Source: Nitrososphaera viennensis EN76
GTDB taxonomy: Archaea; Thermoproteota; Nitrososphaeria; Nitrososphaerales; Nitrososphaeraceae
Direction: 5' to 3'
Assembly (NCBI RefSeq): GCF_000698785.1
Contig: NZ_CP007536.1
Coordinates: forward strand, 1,290,001-1,322,000
Length of the DNA: 32,000 nt
The notes under the pieces were generated by a model. It saw only the letters and a program-made list of their open reading frames with translations, was not told the DNA's origin and searched no databases. Both the position numbers and the translations under genes were made by a program. This document shows, piece after piece, positions 24,482 to 32,000 of the stretch (positions within the stretch are counted from its first letter, which is position 1; the number at the start of each line of letters is the position of its first letter).

Positions 24482-24666
24482 GTCCTGACTTTCATCAGGG
24501 TGATGTGGCCTATGGTACAGCCATTACTCCCCTCAATGTGGGAATGCCTAAGATCCTTTGCTTCCTGCTCTGGAAGCTTTTCAGCCGAGATATAGCCGCA
24601 TTTTTTGCAGACCACGATGTAGCTCCATCTTACCATGGCAGCGCTCATCTCACTCCAAGGGCGCAA
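24478..24666 (-). CDS. small Cys/His protein, 62 aa maximal (VCKKCG-x16-HSH)
   Basis: ORF track. It is a weak zinc-ribbon or finger-like motif. It overlaps neighbours at both ends. Confidence 0.3.
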   Translation of the reverse strand: MRPWSEMSAAMVRWSYIVVCKKCGYISAEKLPEQEAKDLRHSHIEGSNGCTIGHITLMKVRT

Positions 24667-24907
24667 ACGTCTGGCTGCGACTGCTGCTTTTCTGCGCGGC
24701 CTGTGATTCTGTCATTTGCTGAACGGAATACGTGATCCCGTGGTCTATCTTCAGGTGGCTCAGAAACGCCACGCCGTTGTTTACCGTATCCTTGACTATG
24801 AGTGCGCGGCCGCAGATGCTGCATTTTATGATATGTTCGTCATATGCTGCTGTCGCCAAGACTGGTGATGATAGGTAAAGCCCCCTAATAAGGCAGATTG
24901 CAAGCAA
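24650..24907 (-). CDS. small protein with a long-spacer C2H2-like motif, 85 aa
   Basis: The ORF-track protein contains KCSICGRALIVKDTVNNGVAFLSHLKIDH, which fits C-x2-C-x18-H-x4-H. Confidence 0.4.
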   Translation of the reverse strand: MLAICLIRGLYLSSPVLATAAYDEHIIKCSICGRALIVKDTVNNGVAFLSHLKIDHGITYSVQQMTESQAAQKSSSRSQTFAPLE

Positions 24908-25189
24908 GTCATGTTGTCATCAGGCATGCTTCAGCGACGGAAGAGTTCCCACAAGTATATGCGATGCCAGCCCCACTTGAGAACCTTCACGGTGCTTTGG
25001 CTTATGATGCGAAGATGGGAGGATTCTCTAGCTGCACCGGTAGCTTTCCCATGTACGTCAGATTATAGTACCCGCCTTTTGCCCGCATTGCACTGTCAAA
25101 GACTAGCCCCAAGTCGCGCCATGCCGCGTCAAGGCAATGGTAGTCGACGGCAGCATCAATGGGCTCGTATGTCGAGTTCTCTTTAAGGT

Positions 25190-25771
25190 CTACTTGCGAG
25201 TAACGGTTGCCCGGGTGGAGGGCGTGTAGCTTGAGACGCCGCCCTTTATGAAATCCACAAGCTCGTCAAATGAGCCAAACAGCTGCGAGTCCAGTTTCTC
25301 CGGAACCTCGGGCCTCACTTTGGCCGAGAACATGTTCCTGCCGTCAAGGTAGCTTGCAGTAATGTCGACAGAGTCTGGCGTGTGGGCTATGCCGGTGCGG
25401 ATTACCGGCATGGCCCCTGAAAACACGGCAGGGCCAAGGCGGCTGACGATAGCAAGATCCGTGCTCCTGCCAGGGATGTAGACGGACGGCTCGGGCCTTT
25501 CCCCCGACGTGTCTATTACGCTGCAGCGGTATGCGCAGGAAGTTGTGTTGAAGCCCAGAAGGGACGGCAGCGGCTTGAGCGTGACATGCTCTAGCTTTAA
25601 TATGCAGAACGAAACTACGCCCCAGCCGTTTACGACGCGCGGTTTTAGCCAGTCGACAGGGATGCGGCTTGCAACAATGTCAGGCGCCACTCTAAAGTTA
25701 AAGAGGTATCTCTCTACAAGGCGCGAGGAAACGGAAGCGCCGAACACTGATCGTTTTGCCTTTTCTGCCAT
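25190..25771 (-). CDS. hypothetical protein (possibly DUF2071-like), apparently frameshifted near its 3' end
   Basis: The maximal ORF starts at TTG 25822. ATG 25771 (MAEKAKRS) has AT-rich boxes upstream. A start-less, coding-looking frame continues from the stop region down to 25002. Confidence 0.55.
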   Translation of the reverse strand: MAEKAKRSVFGASVSSRLVERYLFNFRVAPDIVASRIPVDWLKPRVVNGWGVVSFCILKLEHVTLKPLPSLLGFNTTSCAYRCSVIDTSGERPEPSVYIPGRSTDLAIVSRLGPAVFSGAMPVIRTGIAHTPDSVDITASYLDGRNMFSAKVRPEVPEKLDSQLFGSFDELVDFIKGGVSSYTPSTRATVTRK

Positions 25772-25891
25772 CTGGTTATATCTACGCAAGCCAGCCTTAT
25801 TAATATGTGGTTGGCCGTCCAACCAGGATGCACATGTACAAACCAGATTGTCTCAACACAAAGAAACGCATTTCCAAAGAGAAGAGAAAAG

Positions 25892-25965
25892 TGGGCGAGG
25901 CGTGATTTGAACACGCGACCACCTCGATGTCAACGAGGTATCATACCGAGCTAGACCACCCGCCC
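25892..25965 (-). tRNA. tRNA-Val (GAC)
   Basis: The reverse complement folds as follows. Acceptor GGGCGGG/CTCGCCC has one G-U pair. Anticodon stem is CCTCG/CGAGG with loop TTGACAT. T arm is GCGTG-TTCAAAT-CACGC. Discriminator A. Confidence 0.9.
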
Positions 25966-25989
25966 GTACGCCAACTACCTTTTCCGCCC

Positions 25990-25998
25990 AAATATATT
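25990..25998 (-). promoter_or_regulatory. TATA-like box (AAATATATT on the + strand) about 29 nt upstream of tRNA-Val
   Basis: Position and AT content. Confidence 0.35.
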
Positions 25999-26066
25999 GT
26001 TACACATTTTGTTGCGTTGCTTGCAGGAAAGGTTAAGAATCTCGGCACGCGCTGTTAAAACGAAAT

Positions 26067-27086
26067 TTGGCCGGCGATCCTTTCAGGGTGCTGCAGGGCG
26101 ACGCTAGGGACATTGCAAAGAGCATGGAGCCCGGGACATTTCGCGCGATAATAACGTCCCCGCCGTACTTTTGCCACCGGCACTACGGCTCCGACACGGG
26201 CGAGATAGGGCAGGAGCGCGACGTTGAAAAATATCTCGATGCGCTTGAAGGCATTTTTGTCGCATGCAAGAGGCTGCTTGCAGAGGACGGGAGCCTGTGG
26301 ATAGTGATAGGCGACACGCGCCGGCGCAAGGAAAAGCTCCGGGTGCCCCACAGGCTTGCAGAAAGGCTGACAAGGGCAGGCTACAGGTTTCGCGAGGACA
26401 TCATCTGGTACAAAAAGAACAACATAAGCTCCAGCTCGCGTGACAACTTTTCACAAGCGTATGAATATGTCCTGTTCTTTTCCAAAAACGCGCGCTCGTA
26501 CGCGGACCTCGACGCGGTGAGGGTGCAGGGCAACGAGGCAGTGGAGGGCAGGAACAGGGTCCCGCCAGAGGAGATGCTGCAGTTTGCGCCGGAAAACCCC
26601 GACCGGAAGGAGATGGAGCGAATTGCAGGGATAATCCACGGCGCGACTGCAAAAACGCCGATTTCAGAGCTGCCGAGCACTTCAGAGATAGCGCGCGCCT
26701 ACGGCTATGACCCGGAAAAGTTCTGTCCGACGTGCTACCGCAAGTTCAAGAGGCACGCGACCCGGCGCAGGATAGGCGACCACAGGCACTATCCCATATT
26801 TGCGGTGTGCAACCCAAACGGCAAGAACCCTTCAAACGTGTGGGAGATAGCTACAAGGGCGCACTATGGAAACGAGCACTTTGCGATATTTCCCGAAGAG
26901 CTTGTGGAAAAGATTATCCTCTTTGCCACCAAAAAGGGCGACTCTGTCCTTGACCCTTTCTGCGGCAGGGGAACCACGGGCATTGTCGCGGTGTCGCTTG
27001 GGCGCAGGTTTGTCGGCATCGACCTCTACAGCGAAAACGTCGACAGGGCAGTCAGGAACATTTTGCGGGCGCAGCAGCAAATCTAA
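26067..27086 (+). CDS. beta-class DNA methyltransferase (N4-cytosine or N6-adenine), with no adjacent endonuclease
   Basis: Catalytic motif IV IITSPPYF lies near the N-terminus, and the SAM-binding motif I VLDPFCGRGTTG lies near the C-terminus. That is the beta permutation. The central region of about 150 aa includes CPTCYRKFKRHATRRRIGDHRH. The start is TTG 26067 or GTG 26088. Confidence 0.85.
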   Translation: MAGDPFRVLQGDARDIAKSMEPGTFRAIITSPPYFCHRHYGSDTGEIGQERDVEKYLDALEGIFVACKRLLAEDGSLWIVIGDTRRRKEKLRVPHRLAERLTRAGYRFREDIIWYKKNNISSSSRDNFSQAYEYVLFFSKNARSYADLDAVRVQGNEAVEGRNRVPPEEMLQFAPENPDRKEMERIAGIIHGATAKTPISELPSTSEIARAYGYDPEKFCPTCYRKFKRHATRRRIGDHRHYPIFAVCNPNGKNPSNVWEIATRAHYGNEHFAIFPEELVEKIILFATKKGDSVLDPFCGRGTTGIVAVSLGRRFVGIDLYSENVDRAVRNILRAQQQI

Positions 27087-27124
27087 TAACCACCGGTGCC
27101 GCGCCAAAGCACTGACACATACAC

Positions 27125-27865
27125 TTGGCTGAAGGAGAAGTGGCAGATTACGCGCTTTCAGGCCCGGAGAAAGAGGGCCTGTACAAGGCGATATTTTCAA
27201 GGAGGGACGTCAGGTCGCACTTTGCGCAAAAGAAGGACATCCCCGACGACGCGCTCTTGCGCATACTGAACGCCGCGCACCACGCGCCGTCCGTCGGCTT
27301 TTCGCAACCGTGGAACTTTATACTGATAAAGGACGCAGGGACGCGCAAGAAGGTAAAAGAGTCGTTTGAGCGGGAGCGGGAGCGCTCGATAAAGATGCTT
27401 GAAAGCGACAAGGAAAAGCAAGAGAGGTACTCCAGGCTAAAGCTTGAAGGCATAATGGAGTCGGCGCTCAACGTCTGCGTCACGTATGACCCGACACGCT
27501 TTGGGCCGTTCGTGCTTGGCAGGACTTCAATAGAGGACACGGGCGTTTACAGCGTCTGCTGCGCGATTCAGAACCTGTGGCTTGCGGCAAGGGCAGAGGG
27601 CGTCGGCGTCGGCTGGGTCAGCATACTCTCAAACGAGGACCTTGAGCGCATACTTGCAATACCTGCGCACGTCAAGCCGGTCGCCTACCTGTGTCTCGGC
27701 TATGTGGAGGAGTTTGCGCCAAAGCCGGATCTAGAGCGCGCAGGCTGGCTTCCCAGGATGGATCTTGCAAAAGTGGTGTGCTATGAAAAGTGGGGCGCTT
27801 ACGAGTCGGAAAAATGGTCTGGCCTGTGCGGCGCGATGGACAGACTTTCTCGAAATAATATATAG
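27125..27865 (+). CDS. bluB: 5,6-dimethylbenzimidazole synthase (BluB, nitroreductase-fold flavin destructase)
   Basis: The blocks RRDVRSHF, AAHHAPSVGFSQPWNFILI, YSRLKLEGI and IQNLWLAARAEGVGVGWVSI closely match my recollection of characterised BluB from Sinorhizobium. No alignment was run. Confidence 0.85.
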   Translation: MAEGEVADYALSGPEKEGLYKAIFSRRDVRSHFAQKKDIPDDALLRILNAAHHAPSVGFSQPWNFILIKDAGTRKKVKESFERERERSIKMLESDKEKQERYSRLKLEGIMESALNVCVTYDPTRFGPFVLGRTSIEDTGVYSVCCAIQNLWLAARAEGVGVGWVSILSNEDLERILAIPAHVKPVAYLCLGYVEEFAPKPDLERAGWLPRMDLAKVVCYEKWGAYESEKWSGLCGAMDRLSRNNI

Positions 27866-30289
27866 ATGGACAGACCGCGATTGAAAATATACCGGCAGGC
27901 AGGCATGTTGGGTTCAAAACCGGGAGATAGTAGTAGTGTTTCTTGCGGCCGCGTGTACGGCTGGCATAACGGAGGCTTGCCGTTCAGCCTCCACTATCAC
28001 GATGCTGCGCGCTGGCTTTTTGTCCTGCTTCTTTTCTCCGGCCTGCTTTCGACCGGCTGGTTTGGCATACCGCTCATCCCCAGGTACTTTATCGGAACTG
28101 TCGACATTGTTTCAGGCATTTTTGCCCTGTTCAGCGCGCTTGGCACCATCTGGGGCATCATGGCCTACAGAGAGTTTACGAAATCGGCAGGAGCAGTCAT
28201 TGACGCAAGGCTTGCCGCGCGCCGGCTCGACCCGACCATAGGCGACTATGAGTACAAGTCGTACAACCCCATGACAAGGGAGTACGAGGACGGCTTTGTG
28301 CCGTCCGGCCCTGTGGATTTCTGGGATAAGGAGACGACGGTCCCGGCATGGATGGACAAGGGTAAGTACTGGCACATACTGCTGTCGCTGCAGAGCCCCG
28401 GCCGGGAAATACGTCTGCAGGTGGTGCGCGACAGGGACCTGCCGTTTGGAAGCGGGATGCGAAACGTGGCAGTCACCTCAAGGGACCAGAGCGAGGAGGG
28501 CAGGATAATGAACCGCTACATAGTAAAGATACCGCAGTGGCTCGTCATGAACACCGAGCGCGGGCGCTTCTCCGGACACGAGGCAGAAGGCCCCGAGCTG
28601 AGCGCGCTCATTGCCGACGTCAACAGAAAGATTGTGGCGGCCACAAACGAGGTCGCGGGGTGGGAGCGCCTGCGCGTGCGCTACCCGTGGCGCTTTATGA
28701 CGTTTGTGATATACCTGAACAAGAGCCTGCCCCTGCGCATCGTCTACAGGCAGGTCATACGCAACTTTCCAGGCGCAAAGGAGCGCAAGATCTACGAGAC
28801 AAACGCCAACCTTGCGAATGTGGGTGACGACGAGCTCGTGGTGTCGATAATGGAGCTTGCGCAAAAGAAAAAAAAGATCCCACCTGCAAGGATGGCGCAG
28901 ATCCAGACGCTCGTGCGCTTTTTGAAAAACGCGTACACCCGGCAGGGCCTGGGCGAGGGTGCAAGTGAGTACCACAATTTCCACCACTCGCTTGAAGTGG
29001 CGTACGTCGCCATGCAGCTGCTCCCCGACTATTTCCGCGGCTACGAGTTTGGCCCGAAGGACTATGAGCTTTTGCTGGTGGCTGGCCTCCTGCACGACTA
29101 TGACCCTGCGCAGGAGCTTGGCTCAAATTCGGGCAAGCCAAAGGGCCCAAGCGCGGCAAGGACCGTCCAGGAAGTGCAAAGGACGAGGATCCACGACGCG
29201 TACTTTACCATGACAAACGCCGAGTTTGAGGAATATTTCAGGCAGTACAGGTCGTCACCATCATCGTCGCTCCAGCCGCCGGAGGATTACGCCACCACGC
29301 ACCCGGAGAGGGTCAAGTCAGACTGGACGCCCACGGAGAGCCTCATAATCGAGACGCTCATCTGGAGGACAGACTTTCCGTTCTTCAAGCAAAAGCTCGC
29401 ACAGGAAAAGTATTCCGCCCTGCTGTCGCAGCTGAAGGACAACGGCAAGGTGAACCTGCTTGCAGAGGTGCTCTGGCTTGCGGACCTTTCCGTGACGTAC
29501 ATGGTCTCCGACCCCGTCAGGGCGTGGGACAGGGTGAACAACCTCTATGACGAATTGTTTTTGCCAAAGCTGGAGGCGGTGTCAAGGACCGACGCGTTCT
29601 TTGCAGACTTTGCAGACCTGCCTCTCTACAGGGAGCTTCTCGCCCAGCGCGGGTTTCCAGATGTTTTCCGCCGGCGGTGGAACCTGATATACCAGTTCTT
29701 CCACGAGGGCAACCCGTCCACCCCGCTCAACCGCACCATAGAGATGGCACGCAAGATTTACTTCAAGGTAAACGTGGAACTTGGCATGAGGCGGGGCGAG
29801 ATGCTGCAGGAAATAGCGTCGGAAAACTGGTCAGAGTATTTCATCGGCATAGGAAAGGACCAGAGCGAGGTCCTGAAGGCCAAGTCGAGGCTTGCCGAGC
29901 TTGACCCGCAGAACGCGTCGGCGTTCTGGGGCGACGTGCAAAAGCTCCTGCCTTCCATACCCGACGGCGCCATAGACAACTTTTTGATAGTCATGCCAGG
30001 CCGCGTCGAGACGCTTGCCACGCAGGAGGAAAAGTCCAGGATAGAGACGAGGCTCTCTGTGCTTGTCAAAAAGCTCGCCCAGGGCGGCGCAGTCAAGATC
30101 CTGACCGACATCGACGGGAACAGCCCGCAGTTTTTGGAATTGATGTCGGCGGCAGGCAGGGCGGGGCTTGCCCCTTCTGATGAGGGCAAGCAGTATTTCC
30201 CGGCCGGCTGGACCGATCCTGACTTTGCAGAAAGCCCCAGGGTAATCACGCTTGCGCCAAGGCCAGCAGAGATAGCGACGAAGGCTTAA
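27866..30289 (+). CDS. large membrane-anchored HD-superfamily protein with a cyclic-nucleotide-PDE-like metal motif and a degenerate methyltransferase-like C-terminus
   Basis: 807 aa. The ATG directly abuts the bluB TAG. There are two N-terminal transmembrane helices (WLFVLLLFSGLLSTGWFGI and VDIVSGIFALFSALGTIWGIMAY). The HD region is EYHNFHHSLEVAYVAMQLL...LLLVAGLLHDYDP. The C-terminal YFIGIGKDQSEVLKAKSRL...FWGDVQKLLPSIPDGAIDNFLIV resembles class I MTase motifs II-III without a GxGxG. Confidence 0.7.
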   Translation: MDRPRLKIYRQAGMLGSKPGDSSSVSCGRVYGWHNGGLPFSLHYHDAARWLFVLLLFSGLLSTGWFGIPLIPRYFIGTVDIVSGIFALFSALGTIWGIMAYREFTKSAGAVIDARLAARRLDPTIGDYEYKSYNPMTREYEDGFVPSGPVDFWDKETTVPAWMDKGKYWHILLSLQSPGREIRLQVVRDRDLPFGSGMRNVAVTSRDQSEEGRIMNRYIVKIPQWLVMNTERGRFSGHEAEGPELSALIADVNRKIVAATNEVAGWERLRVRYPWRFMTFVIYLNKSLPLRIVYRQVIRNFPGAKERKIYETNANLANVGDDELVVSIMELAQKKKKIPPARMAQIQTLVRFLKNAYTRQGLGEGASEYHNFHHSLEVAYVAMQLLPDYFRGYEFGPKDYELLLVAGLLHDYDPAQELGSNSGKPKGPSAARTVQEVQRTRIHDAYFTMTNAEFEEYFRQYRSSPSSSLQPPEDYATTHPERVKSDWTPTESLIIETLIWRTDFPFFKQKLAQEKYSALLSQLKDNGKVNLLAEVLWLADLSVTYMVSDPVRAWDRVNNLYDELFLPKLEAVSRTDAFFADFADLPLYRELLAQRGFPDVFRRRWNLIYQFFHEGNPSTPLNRTIEMARKIYFKVNVELGMRRGEMLQEIASENWSEYFIGIGKDQSEVLKAKSRLAELDPQNASAFWGDVQKLLPSIPDGAIDNFLIVMPGRVETLATQEEKSRIETRLSVLVKKLAQGGAVKILTDIDGNSPQFLELMSAAGRAGLAPSDEGKQYFPAGWTDPDFAESPRVITLAPRPAEIATKA

Positions 30290-30294
30290 AATTA
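30285..30294 (+). promoter_or_regulatory. TATA-like box (CTTAAAATTA) about 30 nt upstream of tRNA-Arg, overlapping the stop of the 807-aa gene
   Basis: Position and AT content. Confidence 0.35.
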
Positions 30295-30321
30295 ACGCGA
30301 CCTTGGTGAACATTCAAGCGG

Positions 30322-30396
30322 GGGCTCGTAGCTCAGCATGGACAGAGCGAACGCCTCCTAAGCGTTAGGTCGTGGGTTCGAATCCCACCGGGCCCG
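30322..30396 (+). tRNA. tRNA-Arg (CCU)
   Basis: Acceptor GGGCTCG/CGGGCCC has one G-U pair. Anticodon stem is AACGC/GCGTT with loop CTCCTAA. T arm is GTGGG-TTCGAAT-CCCAC. Discriminator G. Confidence 0.9.
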
Positions 30397-30400
30397 CTTA

Positions 30401-30787
30401 TTATTGTTGTTTGTACAAATCTTCAAGAGTCTTGGGCATGCCGTCCTTGCACACCTCCTGCGGGTAATGCTGCACCGAAAACAGCATCAGCTGGTCAAGC
30501 ACCGGCTTGAGGGCCATGGCCCTTTCAGTCAGGAAATATTCTATCATGACAGGCGTCCCTGGATACACCTTGCGTTCCACAAGGCCGTTTTTCTGCATCT
30601 CCTTGAGGCGCTGCGAGAGCGTCTTTGGGTTGATACCCTCGATTGTCAGAAATTCGTTGAAATGCTTGTGACCAAAGAGCATCATGTTGCGCATGATGAG
30701 TATGGTGAATTTTTTGCCAATTATCTGGAACGTGTAGTTGATCGGGCACTGCTTTAACTGCCGCATTACCGCAGCATAATCCCCCAT
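30401..30787 (-). CDS. HxlR-family winged-helix transcriptional regulator
   Basis: CPINYTFQIIGKKFTILIMRNM...FNEFL...INPKTLSQRLKEMQKNGLVERKVYPGTPVMIEYFLTERA is the HxlR pattern. The maximal TTG start is at 30793. ATG 30787 is more likely. Confidence 0.88.
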   Translation of the reverse strand: MGDYAAVMRQLKQCPINYTFQIIGKKFTILIMRNMMLFGHKHFNEFLTIEGINPKTLSQRLKEMQKNGLVERKVYPGTPVMIEYFLTERAMALKPVLDQLMLFSVQHYPQEVCKDGMPKTLEDLYKQQ

Positions 30788-30875
30788 GGACAACTTACCC
30801 CGCCTTCACCCACTTACCTGATCGATACCTGCCAATTAAAATATTACTTTTCTATATCTGCTATCTAGAGGTAAC

Positions 30876-31259
30876 ATGGCTACAATAGTTTATTTTGAGA
30901 TACCAAGCGACAACACCGAGCGCGCCGGCAAGTTCTACGGCGCGCTGTTTGGATGGAAGACCGAGAAGATGCAGGGCTCGGTGGAATACCTGATGTTTGG
31001 CACCACCGACCACAATGGCAAGGAGGTGGGAGGCGGAGGCATTATGAAGAGGAAAACGCCAGACCAAGGGATCACCAACTACATCGGGGTTGACTCTGTC
31101 GAGAAATATGCCAAAAAGGTGCAGGAGCTTGGAGGCACGGTAAAGGTGCCCAAGACGGAGGTGCAGGGCTTTGGCTGGTATGCCATATGCACAGACACAG
31201 AGAACAACACGTTTGGGCTCTGGGAATCAAGCCCGCAGGCACAACAACAGCAGCACTGA
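30876..31259 (+). CDS. VOC (glyoxalase/bleomycin-resistance/dioxygenase) family protein
   Basis: 127 aa. VYFEIPSDNTERAGKFYGALFGWK...GGTVKVPKTEVQGFGWYAICTDTENNTFGLWE is the typical small VOC pattern. The gene is divergent from the HxlR gene. Confidence 0.85.
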   Translation: MATIVYFEIPSDNTERAGKFYGALFGWKTEKMQGSVEYLMFGTTDHNGKEVGGGGIMKRKTPDQGITNYIGVDSVEKYAKKVQELGGTVKVPKTEVQGFGWYAICTDTENNTFGLWESSPQAQQQQH

Positions 31260-31265
31260 GAGACG

Positions 31266-31577
31266 CTAGACACCAGCAAGCTTGGCGTTTCCGTACAGGC
31301 GTGCTTGATGGACCTCGCTTATTTCCTCCCGGCGGTGCCGGCGCCTCTCGACTACATACCCCGACGCTGAGTGGTAGATGATTACCATGTCCTTTGGATA
31401 AAACGACAGCATCTCGTGGTTTTCGCTGTCAGACTCCATGTGGCGCAGGTGTATGCGCTCCCAGGCAAACAGCTCGTCCACCTTGCCGCGAAAGTGGAAC
31501 GTGCTACCGCACGGGCACCGGGTGTCGCGCCAGCTGCCGCCAATGTTGTTGAGCCACTGGCCCTTTTCTTCAGGCAT
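31266..31577 (-). CDS. hypothetical 103-aa protein with a possible Cys/His metal site (RCPCGSTFHFRGKVDELFAWERIHLRH)
   Basis: ORF track with an ATG start. Its composition matches the high-GC genes. Confidence 0.5.
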   Translation of the reverse strand: MPEEKGQWLNNIGGSWRDTRCPCGSTFHFRGKVDELFAWERIHLRHMESDSENHEMLSFYPKDMVIIYHSASGYVVERRRHRREEISEVHQARLYGNAKLAGV

Positions 31578-31614
31578 GTATTTTCACTATACTGGCAGGC
31601 ACCGTATTATATTG

Positions 31615-32000
31615 TTAGCCACCCGTCATACGGGTAAAATCGTTCTTTCTGTTGACTGCCTTGATATAGTCGAGGTTTGCCAGGGCGACGACTGCCGAGT
31701 CGCGCACCTCCTCGCTTTCGTCGTTTCTTAGGGCATCATCAAGCGTTTTTCTTGCGTCCTCCGAGCCGATGACTCCGAGAGCCACCGCCGCCTCGTGGCG
31801 CACGAAAAAGCTCTTGTCGTTTTTCACGGCATCAGCAAGTGGCTTTATCCCGCTTGAAAAGCCGAGCTGGCCAAGCGAGAACGCGGCCTCGTGGCGGACC
31901 AAGTCGTTGTCGTCGTTCTTCAACACCTTGCTTATTGGCGTCACCGCCGACTTGCCGGCGATCTCTGCCAGTATGCACACCGCCCTCGTCCGGACTACGC
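31615..32000 (-). CDS. HEAT-repeat (PBS-lyase-type) protein; the 5' end lies outside the window
   Basis: Repeated D..VR.EAA.ALG units are present (NDLVRHEAAFSLGQLG, SFFVRHEAAVALGVIG, EEVRDSAVVALANL). The frame stays open upstream of the listed GTG through base 32000. Confidence 0.8.
   Translation of the reverse strand, partial: VVRTRAVCILAEIAGKSAVTPISKVLKNDDNDLVRHEAAFSLGQLGFSSGIKPLADAVKNDKSFFVRHEAAVALGVIGSEDARKTLDDALRNDESEEVRDSAVVALANLDYIKAVNRKNDFTRMTGG

Noticed and set aside
23833-24735. 300-aa + strand ORF, the longest frame in the 23-25 kb region
   Set aside because: The translation is Arg/Ser/Cys/Pro-rich with no hydrophobic periodicity or motif. It overlaps several shorter, more protein-like ORFs on both strands. 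I judge it to be a chance open frame.
26067-30289. Restriction-modification or other defence system built around the DNA methyltransferase
   Set aside because: I recognised no endonuclease, helicase, ATPase or specificity subunit next to it. The neighbours are BluB, a biosynthetic enzyme, and an HD protein. I kept only the orphan-methylase interpretation.
1-32000. CRISPR arrays, integrases, transposases, reverse transcriptases, rRNA, and tRNA introns
   Set aside because: I looked for regularly spaced repeats, recombinase or transposase motifs and RT motifs in all listed ORFs and spacers and found none. All five tRNAs fold without introns.

Overview
The window looks like an archaeal chromosome segment, most likely from a Nitrososphaeria/Thaumarchaeota-like organism. 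Supporting signs are a thermosome, archaeal uS11, RtcB, a PDCD5-like protein, BluB, a PEFG-CTERM sorting signal, AT-rich TATA-like boxes about 30 nt upstream of genes, and tRNAs that do not encode CCA. Composition is strongly mosaic by eye (hand counts of a few 60-nt lines, not a computed profile). Blocks of roughly 58-70% GC at about 3.6-16 kb and 25.2-32 kb carry housekeeping genes: purB, rtcB, rps11, thiL, a phosphohexomutase, a PAS histidine kinase with a receiver protein, a DNA methyltransferase, bluB, HxlR, VOC and a HEAT-repeat protein. Blocks of roughly 43-50% GC at about 0.28-3.3 kb and 16-23 kb carry accessory-looking genes. There are five tRNA genes (Met/Ile2-CAU, Phe-GAA, Thr-CGU, Val-GAC, Arg-CCU), and several sit at the composition boundaries. 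I found no CRISPR array, integrase, transposase or rRNA. The observations most worth a second look are: (1) a recurrent set of small proteins with eukaryote-style C2H2 zinc fingers, four matching the classical consensus exactly plus three looser ones, two of them below the ORF-track cutoff. (2) A P-II-like gene whose conserved TGxxGDGKIF Gly codon is an in-frame TGA, with the rest of the P-II C-terminus still in frame. (3) A 26-nt copy of the 3' end of tRNA-Thr lying 5.7 kb downstream of the intact gene in the same orientation, bracketing the lowest-GC block (att-like geometry, no integrase). (4) A tRNA-flanked operon of an orphan beta-class DNA methyltransferase, BluB, and an 807-aa membrane protein with a cyclic-nucleotide-PDE-like HD motif. 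(5) A secreted acidic and His/Tyr/Phe-rich low-complexity protein with a degraded tandem paralog that shares a precisely spaced 18-nt promoter-like element. (6) Permuted direct repeats flanking a PEFG-CTERM beta-propeller cassette. (7) A probable frameshifted gene at 25.0-25.8 kb. All functional calls come from motif recognition by eye. No database search was run.
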